Below are positions 1-10,544 of a stretch of DNA of 32,748 bases, in pieces (position 1 is the stretch's first letter; every line of letters starts with the position of its first letter). The notes under the pieces are model-generated. The model searched no databases. It worked only from the letters and a program-made list of their open reading frames with translations, and was not told the DNA's origin. The position numbers and the translations under genes were made by a program. The DNA lies in assembly GCF_001194135.2 (NCBI RefSeq), contig NC_068985.1, positions 6,672,576-6,705,323 of the forward strand. Direction: 5' to 3'. The DNA comes from Octopus bimaculoides (lineage: Eukaryota).

Positions 1-40
<40 letters not shown>
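1..40. repeat. (GT)n microsatellite
   Basis: Perfect GT dinucleotide run at the window start. Confidence 0.98.
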
Positions 41-43
<3 letters not shown>

Positions 44-50
44 TCGAGTT

Positions 51-150
51 GTAGCTGTAATTCAAAGGGTCCAGCCTTGTCATATTCTGTGTGAGGCTGA
101 ATTTCCCAGAGAACTACGTTAATGTCATGCATGTCTGAGGAGTACTCAGC
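51..150 (+). mobile_element. SINE family B, diverged 3' body fragment
   Basis: Aligns by eye to 18060-18165 (+) and to the reverse complement of 4030-4135 (e.g. tcaaaggg..cagccttgtca...gctgaat.tccc.gagaactacgttaa). Confidence 0.8.
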
Positions 151-434
151 ATTTGTGAGTTAATTTTATCCTCGTGTCTTAATGAAGAAGGAAATTCACA
201 TCCAATATTTGCTGTGTGGAGCTATCTGTGTATGAACCTTTCTTTGGATTTATGTATCTACTGTCTCTTTCACTTTCTCTCTTTCTCTTTCACTTCCTTT
301 GTGTCCCTCTTCTTTCCCGCTTTTGATTTAACAATGTGTATATGTATCTAGGTAGCTACTTCTCTTGCGATGAACGCCATCACCATTCACTGTCTCTTTC
401 ACTCAAACCATTCTTGCCACATTCATCCTCCTTT

Positions 435-480
435 CAGCACTCATCCTGGGTGGCAGCACTCTTCCTGGGTGGCAGCACTC
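435..480. repeat. 19-bp tandem repeat, about 2.4 copies
   Basis: cagcactcatcctgggtgg / cagcactcttcctgggtgg / cagcactc. Confidence 0.9.
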
Positions 481-1837
481 TAATCTCATTAAGTTAAAAC
501 GTGGTAAGTGCAGAGTATTTAATCAGAAAGTGTAACGCATCACACGCATAAGTTTCTGTACTTCTTTGGCGCTGACGTATAGACGCAGAAACGATTGTTG
601 GGTCAAAGAAAAGAAATAGGAGTTGAAGAAGACAGAAGACAGGACGAGAGGATGTCATGAAGGATGTCACGTTAAGGTGTTATGGGGTTACTGCACAGTC
701 TGACCACAAGCTAACAAATATCTGTCGGAACAAGTGAGAAAAAGAGTGAATTCATCATAGATGTTGTTATATCTGCGGACATGAATGTCACTACAACATA
801 CAATTATTAGTCTGTTAAAATAAATTCCTATTATTTACTCTACGTCATTGTTATCTCAATCTTCATTTACACCAGTTGAATATTTTATTTCGAATATGGA
901 GCCATTTTCATCGCGAATATAGCTATTTCCATTTTTTAGCACAGAAAAAAAAATCACTTATTTGATACATATTAAACTGACGAAAATGTTGAAACACTGG
1001 AGATATATGAATGTCAGAATGTGCATATTTATTTATAACGTCACTTTACATTCAGCATTTTAGGTTTAAAATCAAATTGCATTGTTTATCTTCATATAAA
1101 CGGTTGAGGCAGAGGAAAACATTAAAAAAAATGTTGCAGGAAGAAATAAATACTTAAAAGGAAAAGCAACTCATTTTCTATGGTAGAATGGTGGGTGGGG
1201 GGAGCTTTAAATGCAACATAAATAGTGAAAACATTTGATTTCACAGATTTATTTTCCCTCCTACAGTTGCATAATGTATTAGAAATAAGAATCGAAAGAC
1301 ACCGCTAATAAATAAATGCATAACAATCTTTCTCCTGAAATATTTCACAGAAATAATGTAAGAGAATAACATTTTGTGAGTGAAATATAGACATATGAAA
1401 TCTGAAAATAAATCTATAAAAAATAGCTGCGTGTTGTTTGTTAAAACGCCGCCATGTGTACGTCAATACACAACACTGAATATGTAGAGTGTCATTGTTT
1501 TTACGTACGCTTTTGTGTTAGAAAATATGCTCCTTTTAACAATCCAACACCGTACGGACTGTATATACTTATGCTAGTTTACACTTGTCTTACTATTCGT
1601 TGATCATGAAGACTACGACTAAAATATCAAGAAGATATTCAAAGTATAGCAGCCTTTAACAAGTAGAATATTTGCATGTGTTTGCAGACTAATAGTAAAT
1701 ATCTTTTGTAGCAATTTTATGTAAGTGATACTATGCCATTATAACATCAATAAATGTTTCTCTTTCATGGCATTCTACAGTTTACTTTTACAAACTATTT
1801 TCTAATAAAATCTTATCTTTCAGTACTGTAAGTATGG

Positions 1838-2120
1838 CACAGTTCTACATTTAAGAGATGAGGAATTATGTACATTATTTACACTATTTTCAGTCGACGG
1901 ATATTTGTCCTCATCTTGTTTGTTGTTAACACAAGGTTTCAACTAATAAACCCCCCAGCTTTCTTCAGGTGTCTTGGGGAAATTTCGAACCTGCGTTCTC
2001 ATTTTCAAGGTATTTGTCGATGTTATTATTATTATTATTGTTGTTGTTCAGGTCACTGCTTAGAATCGAACACGGAATCTTGGTGTTAGTAGCCCGCGCT
2101 CTTAACCACTAAGCCATATC
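1838..2120 (-). mobile_element. tRNA-derived SINE family C with (AAT)n linker and Penelope-like 3' part
   Basis: Minus strand reads TGGCTTAGTGG (A box)...GTTCGATTC (B box), then (AAC/AAT)n, then ...ACACCTGAAGA...GAAACCTTGTGT (hammerhead-like). The 3' boundary is approximate. Confidence 0.75.
1929..1972 (-). ncRNA. Degenerate minimal type-I hammerhead-ribozyme-like motif (Penelope-type)
   Basis: ACAC-CTGAAGA-A-AGCT(GGGGGGTTTATT)AGTT-GAAAC-CT-T-GTGT. Core boxes CUGANGA and GAAA are present, stem I is ACAC/GTGT, stem II needs a G-U pair, and the expected ACGT palindrome reads ACCT. Confidence 0.55.
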
Positions 2121-2204
2121 AGCAGCATGAGAAGCGGCCGCAATTAAGATAGGATAGAAAACTATTAGATTTATAAGCCCTAAAATTCATTCCATAATGA
2201 ATAT

Positions 2205-2265
2205 GGGCATATGGCGTAGTGATTAACAGCGCGGGTTACTAACCCCAAGATTCCGAGTTCGACCC
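2205..2265 (+). mobile_element. SINE family C tRNA-like head only
   Basis: TGGCGTAGTGA A box, GCGCGGGTTACTAACCCCAAGATTCCGAGTTCGA. It is an inverted copy of 2050-2119 and has no tail. Confidence 0.8.
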
Positions 2266-3600
2266 TACATAATATTGTAAGTACGTAATTTGATTTCAAG
2301 CTGGTGTTGTAACAATTTAATTTAGATAATTCTGCGTCGTAACAACAGTATCGAAAACAGGTAAATGTACTTAATATTCTACAAATTATGCATACAACTG
2401 TTACGATAAATATTCTTGTAGAATATCTGCAGTATTGTACTATATGGCTGCGAAAATTCAAGTGTGTCTCAGTCGTATGTTTATTTAACAGCAGCACATA
2501 TCATTCGACCAACAGGATTTACAGCACATCGTCACCGTGAACATCTAGAAAAATATGTATAAAATTAACAAGAAAATAAAATTGGACAGATGTAACACTA
2601 TGCTAATAATATCAAACATTTTCAACTAACATAATTTTTTTTTCTGTTAGTTAACTGGATTTAAGGAAAAGGTATTACACAGGGTTTTTGGGGAAATTTC
2701 ACGAACTGTGCATACCGTCTATCAGAACAACTATAAAAAAAGAAGAGAAAGAAGTAAAATAGGAATGAAAAATATATTCAAATATTAAATATAAATAATA
2801 AATATGAAAAATCTTTTTGGTGGTATGAGCGAAAAAAATTCAGTTTGATTCTGAATCCTACGTAGCAACTTTGCAACCAAATTCTACAAATTATATTACA
2901 CTGGTAAAATGTTTCTGATTCTTACAAAGCACGAATGGACGCTAAAAACTGTTGGTTTCGGGAGTAAGACGATTCAAGATAAAATCTAAAAGATACGAGG
3001 CGATATTGTCAGCCCACTGATTGTTATAACCTTTGCATTTCTCTCTTTTAGATTTCAGTTGAGTTTTTTTTCATACTACAAATAGCTGGAGAAAGTTTCA
3101 GTTTTGTTTCGAAGATATTCTCTCATAATTTTCTCGAACAAATTTCATCCTGCTTGCTGATAATGTAGATTATTTGATACCTGTGGAATCGTTTCTTCCT
3201 ATGATACTTCTTTTACTTTTAAACAGAGTCTTTGTACATGTCTTTACAAACGAGCTGACTTCCAACTGTGAATGATTGCAGTTTCTCAGAATTCAATCGA
3301 TATCAAGAAATTCTTTATATCCTTCCATTCATCAGGTCAAACATGAACAGTTACAACTTTAAATACTCAAGATATATTTGTTCGATAATCTATTTCCTCT
3401 TCCATTATGCTTGTGAAGTTGCTAGAAACATGGTATTACGTGTCATCACTTCCATACAATGCAACATGATTTATTTCTCTCCGAGGCTTATTTCATTATT
3501 TTGCATCTTCAAACCGTCGCTTCATGCCAAAATCTTCAGGTCAAATTCCAGTGAGGTGTAGTTTTTATCTTTTATAGTTAACCTGTTTCAATCAATAGTT

Positions 3601-3931
3601 TGTGGTCATGCTGGGACACAAACCTGACGAATGTTTTAGTTGAGTGACTCGACCTCATTGCCTATTATACTTATTGTATCAGCCTGTCTCACCGAACTGC
3701 TAAGTTACAGGGAGGTAAAAACACCAACACCGGTTGTCAAGCGGTAGTTGGGAAAAAGACGGACACACACTCATATGTGGCAGGCGTCTTTCAGTTTCAG
3801 ACTTCCAAATCCTCTCACTCTACTATAGCGTCGGCCCGAAGCTATTGTAGAAGACATTTGCCCAAGGTGTCACACAGTGGGACTGAACCGAGAACAATGT
3901 GAGAAGCAAAGTTCTTACCACATAACCACGC
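3601..3931 (-). mobile_element. tRNA-derived SINE family D, CORE-SINE-like
   Basis: Minus strand: GCGTGGTTATGTGGTAAG...GGTTCAGTCCCACTGTGTGACACCTTGGGCAAATGTCTTC. The head is followed by a segment resembling the MIR/CORE domain (CTGTGTGACCTTGGGCAAGT). Confidence 0.75.
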
Positions 3932-3950
3932 ATTGATCTTTCAGTTATCA

Positions 3951-4327
3951 TGGCACTCCGTCGGTTGCGACGACGAGGGTTCCAGTTGATCCGATCAATG
4001 AAACAACCTGCTCGTTAAATTAACGTGCAATTGGCTGAGCACTCTACAGACACGTGTACCCTTAACGTAGTTCTCGGGGAGATTCAGCGTGACACAGACT
4101 GTGACAAGGTTGGCCTTTGAAATACAGGTACAACAGAAACAGGAAGAAAGAGTGAGAGAAAATTGTGATGAAAGAGTACAGCAGGATTCGCCACCGTATC
4201 TCCTGCCGAAGCCTCGTGGAGCTTTAGGTGTTTTCGCTCAATTAACACTCACAACGCCCAGCCTTGGAATTGAAACTGCGATCCTACGCCCGCAAGGCCG
4301 CTGCCCTATCCCTGGGTCATTGAACCT
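3951..4327 (-). mobile_element. SINE family B, near full length
   Basis: tRNA-like head (degenerate A/B boxes; matches 28246-28423) joined to a body and tail matching 18009-18242. Confidence 0.85.
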
Positions 4328-4617
4328 CCACTTTCAGTGATAATATATGTTACTTTTAAAGTACATTTCAATTCTTTTATTTCACACCTAAAACATTTTC
4401 GCTTGGAACTAATAATGTACAATATCTATAATTAAAGGGTTTTTTGTGTGGAGTGCAAGGTATCAGGTCAGAGGTCAATATAACCAAATTATATACGTAA
4501 GCCCATTATCTCAGGCATTACCCATATTGGATACAATATTATTCATTATAATTTAGTCATATTAAGTAAACTTTCAGAAAATAAATAAATTTGATAGATA
4601 ACCATGACACATTTTAC

Positions 4618-4814
4618 TTTGCTTAAAACGAAATCTGTTTCCCCCAAAGTGAGTCGTAAACATGTAACAAATTTTGGTTCTTTTGAAAAATAATCGGTTT
4701 GGTTCCGTATGAAGGCACCAGTTTTGTACTTTTTGTTTATAACGGTGGAATAAAATAGATCATCATTGTTGGAGAAATTGACTGCCTGGTCAAGTAAGTG
4801 TTGAGACAAGCATC
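4618..4814 (-). CDS. Candidate internal coding exon (phase 1 to 0), unknown, possibly extracellular protein
   Basis: Lies within a 128-codon stop-free frame. Acceptor ttgtcccttgcag|GA, donor AAA|gtaaaa. Encodes GCLSQHLLDQAVNFSNNDDLFYSTVINKKYKTGAFIRNQTDYFSKEPKFVTCLRLTLGETDFVLSK. No family recognised. Confidence 0.3.
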
Positions 4815-5861
4815 CTGCAAGGGACAACATGAACATTGAACTCTCATGCATTTTCGACATACACACAAATTTGTTATAAAACATGTATAAACCACGCCCC
4901 AAAAAAAAATGTTTTCGAGGTCGATATATCATTTACTGAATTTAAAATACCCACTGGAATTCATTTTAGTGTAGTCACGCTTAAAATCTGTTTGGTGTAA
5001 GTGAATATCCATTATTGGTATCAAGTTACATTATACTAATTTTTAGTTCCATTTATATATTTGTAAACATTTATTGATTGAAGACATTATAAGTAATGAA
5101 AATTTTGTTTCAAACGCCAATTTGACGTGTTATCGTATCACGCGATTTCAACTAGATGTATGTTATCACCACACTTTAGTAAAAGCAGGTAAATAAATGT
5201 TGCATTAATGTTATATAAATACACTAGTTACTATCAAAGCTTCATTTATCACGATAGATATTTTTTCTTCTCTACAAAATTCCCAAAAGCCACAGATTAC
5301 ATGATTTTATTTTAAACTGACATAAAAGTACTCCCGTTGAATCATCTTATTGGTTTCAAGTACTTTTTTATGCACCAGATGTATGATTTAACTTCACACT
5401 TTTCTACTGCTGGTTGGGAATGGCGCCAACGTTCTGTCAAAGATATTTCATATACTTTTATGCTAACTGAATTTTTTGCTTATTTTTTTATTTTTAAAAG
5501 TAATCTTTCTAAATCTTTTCATAACCAGGACTTTCATTTCTAGTTCCTCTTTTAGAAGTCACTCATGATGTAATAAATGGCATATTTCTTTTAAAATGCA
5601 CTCGAATTGATTATGTCGCTTTAATGCAAACGCTGTAAATGTGGTATAAATTCTTAATGATGTAAGAATTTTCGTTTTATCTATAAGCCTTTTATCCTAG
5701 TAGACGAAGTTGAATTTAAATATTAAGTATTTTGATATATGAAATAAAATGATAAAACGATATTTTTTATAGAATGGCAAAGCAAACTGGATTACGAATT
5801 ATATTAGATCACAGTAGAATTTGTATTAAACATAATGCGATCCTAATAATTTCGATAATAT

Positions 5862-5989
5862 AATGAGTTCAAATATTGTCAAGGTTGGCTTTATTTTTCA
5901 TCTTTTTTTCGTAGATAACATAAGTACCAGTTGATTACAGGGGTTGATGCAATCGATTTAAACCCCACCACAAAGATTGAAACCAATGT
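5862..5989 (+). mobile_element. SINE family A fragment (old)
   Basis: gagttcaaat...taagtaccagttg...aatcgattta...gaaaccaat, colinear with the other family A copies. Confidence 0.7.
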
Positions 5990-6189
5990 CAATAATGAAA
6001 TGAAACGGTTAACTGGTGAATGCTTAATCGAAAATATTAAAGACAATTGCTTCTCGATAACCGATAATATTGATGCGTTCATAATTTTACATCCGCTACA
6101 CATTTCGTAAAAGTTGGGAAACTGAAGTCTATGCTTTATATAAGATACTTCTGTCACGGCGTCAGTCATAAATCTCTTTTAAGATCAAA

Positions 6190-6780
6190 TATTGCTTTGA
6201 TAGGAATTGTATCTTGCGGCATTTGGATACAACAATGAAAGGCAAACTGGTTATTAACAATATATGATAATTTAGCGCGTGAAATATAATAACTGTAGAA
6301 TATAAGGTTGAGTTGAATGCCTGCCTGATGAGAAAAGTTCTAATTCTCCGAACAGTAAAGCATAAGATATATTCCACAAATATGAAGCAGAATTTTTCCA
6401 GAATGAGTTTGATATTACATACACTTCCACCAATAACAAAAAAAGGAAAAACGTCCGATTAAGATTACTAATTCCAACTGTGGAAAACGTTTGGTGAACA
6501 ATGCAGTGCAAAGGAAATAGGTAAAAGCGGATGCAAAATGCAGATGTGGACTGTATGACTACACAACAACGAATGGCTTAAGATTAGAGAAGAAACGGCA
6601 GAGAGTAGGGGACTGATGGTCTGTGCACTATATCACAATATCACAAACAGAACCTATCACCATCACATCAACGAGGCATACGTATCGTGCAGGATTTGTG
6701 GAAAATAGGAGGAAATCCTTTGCCACATCGTCTCTAGATACGGAGGTAGTAAGTACCGAATAAAAACACAAGCTTAACGA
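6190..6780 (+). mobile_element. Decayed R2-superfamily (R4/Dong-like) non-LTR retrotransposon fragment, post-RT to CCHC zinc finger
   Basis: With frameshifts reads ...MQNADVDCMTTQ/WLKIREETAESRGLMVCALYHNITNRTYHHHINEAYVSCRICGK*EEILCHIVSR, matching the WL...ETEG...TR.Y...CR.C...ET..HI.S.C pattern of RLE LINEs. Confidence 0.6.
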
Positions 6781-6832
6781 AGCAGCAGCGAACCTACAGT
6801 GAAAAATATGCAGCAGTCATATATACTTAAAA

Positions 6833-7016
6833 TGTTTTCTACTATAGGTACAAGGCCTGAAATTTTAGGAGAGAGGACAGTCCGTTACATCGACCCAGTA
6901 ATCAACAGGTACTTTATTTTCATAGATCCCAAAAGGTTGGATCGACCACGGTGGAATTTGATCTCAGAGCGTAAAGTCGGAAGAAATATTACTTAACATT
7001 TAGACCGGTGTGCTTT
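6833..7016 (-). mobile_element. SINE family A (tail type 3)
   Basis: Reverse complement contains ctgagatcaaattccaccgtggtcga...aaagtacctgttg...gggtcgatgtaac and the tail aaaatttcaggccttgtacctatagtagaaa. Confidence 0.8.
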
Positions 7017-7436
7017 TGAAATACACGTATGTACCAATATGAAGATGAACAACGAGCATCGAGCCGTCTAAATCGTAAGAAATTATTCTGTGGTTTAGTT
7101 ATAAGGGGATTGCTGAGTTTGTCCTAAATTTAAACATTAGCTACACATACCGAAAACATGTCATTGCTACCCAATTACGAATCAGCTACTCTCACACAAT
7201 CTACGCCTGGACCCGTGAACTTGTTCAAATTTCTCACTGTACATTACTCTAGAAATTTATAGCAATATGGCCGCCGGACATTTAGATGGCGTCATGCCGT
7301 TGAGCAGATGACCTTGCATGAAAGGAAATCACAGACCAGGTGGATTTACGCGGACTCTTCTAAATAATGTCATGCTGGATAAAAGGAGGAATGTGTGATT
7401 GAGAAGGTTATTGTATTCTGAATGTTTATTTCTGCC

Positions 7437-7629
7437 AGGCAGCGAGCTGACAGAAACGTTAGCACGCGGGGCGAAATGTTTCGAGGTGTTTCGTCTGTCA
7501 AATTCCGACGAGGTCGACTTTCCCTTTCAGGTTCGATAAATTAAGTACCAGTTGCGTACTGGCGTCTATCTAATTGACTGCCCCGTCCTCCACAAAATCT
7601 TGGGCCTAGTAACTAGAGTAGAAAAGAAT
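7437..7629 (+). mobile_element. SINE family A (tail type 3), internal deletions
   Basis: ggcagcgagctgacagaaacgttagcacg...aaattccgacgaggtcgactttccctttc...gataaattaagtaccagtt...gggcctagtaactagagtagaaaagaat. Confidence 0.85.
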
Positions 7630-7829
7630 TTTTTTTTTCCGCCAGAAAATTTTGCTGTATGTTTTTGTTGTTGTCATCATTGCTCGTACTTCATGGGAGT
7701 AATTTGATTTTAGTTTGTTGTTCGATATTTATGTAATTTTAACATTTAGGTTGTTTTGTTATTTTTTGATGTGATGTATTTGTTTATTCTTTAATGTTTT
7801 TGTTTTGATATTATGCTGAGAGTGCATAT

Positions 7830-7992
7830 CGTTTATCTTCCCGTTTTGAGTTCAAATTCCGCCGCTGTTGACGTCAACTTTCATCGTTCGAGGTCAATAA
7901 AATGAATACCAGTTGAATACTGGCTCAACGTAATCGATTAGCTCCCACCCTCCAAAAATTGTTGGCTTTGTGTCAAATTTTGAAGCCGATAT
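7830..7992 (+). mobile_element. SINE family A fragment (tail type 2)
   Basis: gagttcaaattccgccg...ctttcatcgttcgaggtcaataaaatgaataccagtt...aaattgttggctttgtgtcaaattttgaagccgatatt. Confidence 0.8.
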
Positions 7993-8144
7993 TAATTGTC
8001 TGCTGGAATAATTTTTGAGGATCTCTTCTTGTTGTGGATTTGAGAGTATACAGGGCTGTGTTTGGCTTGTGTTATTAGAGTATTCATATTGTGCCTGGTT
8101 GTTATCGTTATTGTCGAATTGGTGGTAATATTTTCCTATTCTCT

Positions 8145-8332
8145 AAAGTGACGAGCTGGTATAATCGTAATTCCACAGGGTACAATGCACCGGTCTTCAC
8201 CTTCTGAGTTCAAATTCAGCCGAGGTCAACTATATGTTTCAAATAAGTACTAGTTGAGCATTGAGATCGATGTAATCGATTAGTACCCTCAACAAAATTG
8301 CTGGCCTTGTGCCAAAGGTTGAAACCAATATT
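8145..8332 (+). mobile_element. SINE family A (tail type 2), internal deletions
   Basis: gtgacgagctgg...ttctgagttcaaattcagccgaggtcaact...aaattgctggccttgtgccaaaggttgaaaccaatatt. Confidence 0.8.
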
Positions 8333-8667
8333 TTTCTGCTTCCTTCAACTTTCCCTGTCCATTTTCTAAGGATAGATTTCTTTTGGTTTTTTTCCCTCTT
8401 TCTCTGACTTCTTACGGACACATGGCTCTATTTTGTTTGTTTTCATTTGCATCTTTACAGGACTATTCTAGCTAACCTGAAGAGTGGGTGTGCTTTGCGC
8501 TGGGCTGTTTCGGGATAGAGATTCTCTCACTGATATTAATAATGTTCTAATTATTTTTGTGATGAAGTTTCTACGGTAGTAAGGGCGTCTTTCATTTGCT
8601 TCCTCATATGGGTAATAAATCTTTCGGCGTTTGGATGTGTCACAAATCGATTCTCTGACATCTCCTT

Positions 8668-8808
<141 letters not shown>

Positions 8809-9108
8809 AGCAATATCAAACAGGTGATATTTGATTCATTTGGATCAAAATATCTATTTCTAAAGACAATTTTTTTTAGCTCATCTCTTGAAACGATGAG
8901 ATTGTTTTATCGTCGCAAAAGACAGGCAGCACCAGCCACCAAATTTTAACTTATGGTGAAATATTCACCGCACTCATATTTGCATGCAGTTTCCACATTT
9001 TCGATGGGATGAGGATAAATTCCTCAAGTTTAACTGATACTGGAGAATGTTTCCTCGCTTTGAATTCAAACCCTAATCCGTCATAAATTTTGCCATATTC
9101 TTTATTTT

Positions 9109-9335
9109 GTGAGTTGGCAGAATCGTCAGCACGGCGGGCGAAATGCTTAGCGGTATTTTGTCTGTTGTTACGTTCTGAGTTCAAATTCCGCCGAGGTCGA
9201 CGTTGCCTTTCATCCTTTCGGGGTCGATTAAATAAATACCAGTTTCGTACTGGAGCCGATGTAGTCGACTTAATCCCTCTGTCTGTCCTTGTTTGTCCCC
9301 TCTATGTTTATCCCCCTGTGGGCAATAAAGAAATA
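9109..9335 (+). mobile_element. SINE family A, near full length (tail type 1); central domain resembles the Nin/Inv domain
   Basis: ...gttctgagttcaaattccgccgaggtcgacgttgcctttcatcctttcggggtcgattaaataaataccag... with tail tgtccttgtttgtcccctc...gtgggcaataaagaaata. The GCCTTTCATCCTTTCGGGGTCGATAAAATAAGTACCAG-type segment matches my recollection of the Nin/Sauria-type SINE core. Confidence 0.9.
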
Positions 9336-10283
9336 AATATCCTTTATCTCAAATAACAAAGAATTCTTTTTCCCTATAGGTTCCATCCGCTCGTTGATAG
9401 GGATTTCAGACTTCCACCTCTTCCCGCTAATGCAACGGGTGCAGAACATTGACTAGCCGTGCTGATACAATGTCTGAATAACACTTGTTTTACATTTCTT
9501 TATGCCTTCCTTTTGAAACCTGATTAACTTCTATTACATTTTTCTCCCTGTGTCTCGATCTGCATTTGCAAAATATACCACGGCTTTAGCAATCTTGCTA
9601 TTCGTTGTATATTCTCATTTGCAACTGTTTCTGCTGTCGGTGGTGATAGACAGGAAGTCTCCAGTTGAGTTAGTAGTTGCGTTGGTATTATTTTCACAGC
9701 AGAGAATTTCTGTGTTGATTGTTATCTGTTGGTGGAGTGGAAGTGAAAGAGGTTAGAGAGAGTTTACAGTAATATTAATGATTTTTCTAGAAATTAGTCT
9801 GTCCTGTTGGCAGAAATGATGTTTTGGTTAAGCGTGTAGATGTTGTTGCTGCTCTCATTCGCAGCTGCCGATTTTTATCACTGTTGTTGTGTTGGTGGTG
9901 GCAGTAGTGGTGTTTAGCTGTTTTGTTCTTGCTGCTACTACTATTATTTCTTTTCGTCGACGACGTAATTACTGGTGGTAGCAACGATTAGGTTTACACT
10001 CATTAATGTTGCGAATGAGGCGCCAAGAAGCGTCGTTCCATTATCTTGTTGAAAATTCTGTCACTACGATTTGATAACTTTAATAGGTAAGTTTCAAGAA
10101 AAGGTGCCAAATTCTACTACGGAATCAATATGGTATTACAACATTTGCCAATTTCGAAGGAATTTACGTGCGATTCGAAAGGACAATTTGGCTGATGCAA
10201 AAGTACAATATCAATAATTTTCCTTTTATTTGTATATAGCTTTAGACAATGATGGTGATGATACTCATACTACTACTAATTAT

Positions 10284-10500
10284 AATGGTTTCAAATTTAG
10301 GCACAACACCAGCAATTTCGTGCGAGTGGGTAAGTCGATGGAAGCGACACCAGTGCTCAAATGGTACTTATTTTATGGGTCTCAAAAGGATGAAAGACAA
10401 ACACGACCTCAGCAGAATTTAAACTGAGAACTGAAAAACGGACGAAATACCGCTAGGCATTTTGCCCATTGTGCTAAGGATTCTGCCAGAAAGTCGCCTT
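10284..10500 (-). mobile_element. SINE family A (tail type 2)
   Basis: Reverse complement of aaggcgac...ctggcagaatccttagcac...gttctcagtttaaattctgctgaggtcg...aagtaccatt...aaattgctggtgttgtgcctaaatttgaaaccatt. Confidence 0.85.
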
Positions 10501-10544
10501 TAATGATTATAAGAATTACACAACGCACATTACAAACGCTAATA

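Noticed and set aside
2205-2275. Possible genuine tRNA gene
   Set aside because: A and B boxes are present but the T-stem and acceptor stem do not pair; it matches the SINE-C head.
3268-3561. 97-aa + strand ORF and stop-ridden minus frames nearby
   Set aside because: No recognisable motif or convincing splice pair; the length is within chance expectation for this composition.
6272-6511. 79-aa hydrophobic minus-strand ORF with a good acceptor
   Set aside because: It is the antisense shadow of the + strand R4-like LINE fragment.
7158-7262. NLFKFLTV resembling the pre-M1 segment of IR25a-type ionotropic receptors
   Set aside because: Spacing to the upstream Pro is wrong, no hydrophobic M1 follows, and no other iGluR exon (e.g. 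SYTANLAA) was seen; likely chance.
9380-9720. Possible LINE linker fragment (LLKPW...QKEGIKKCK) or minus-strand exon
   Set aside because: Too little conserved sequence to assign; the acceptor-compatible frames stop early.
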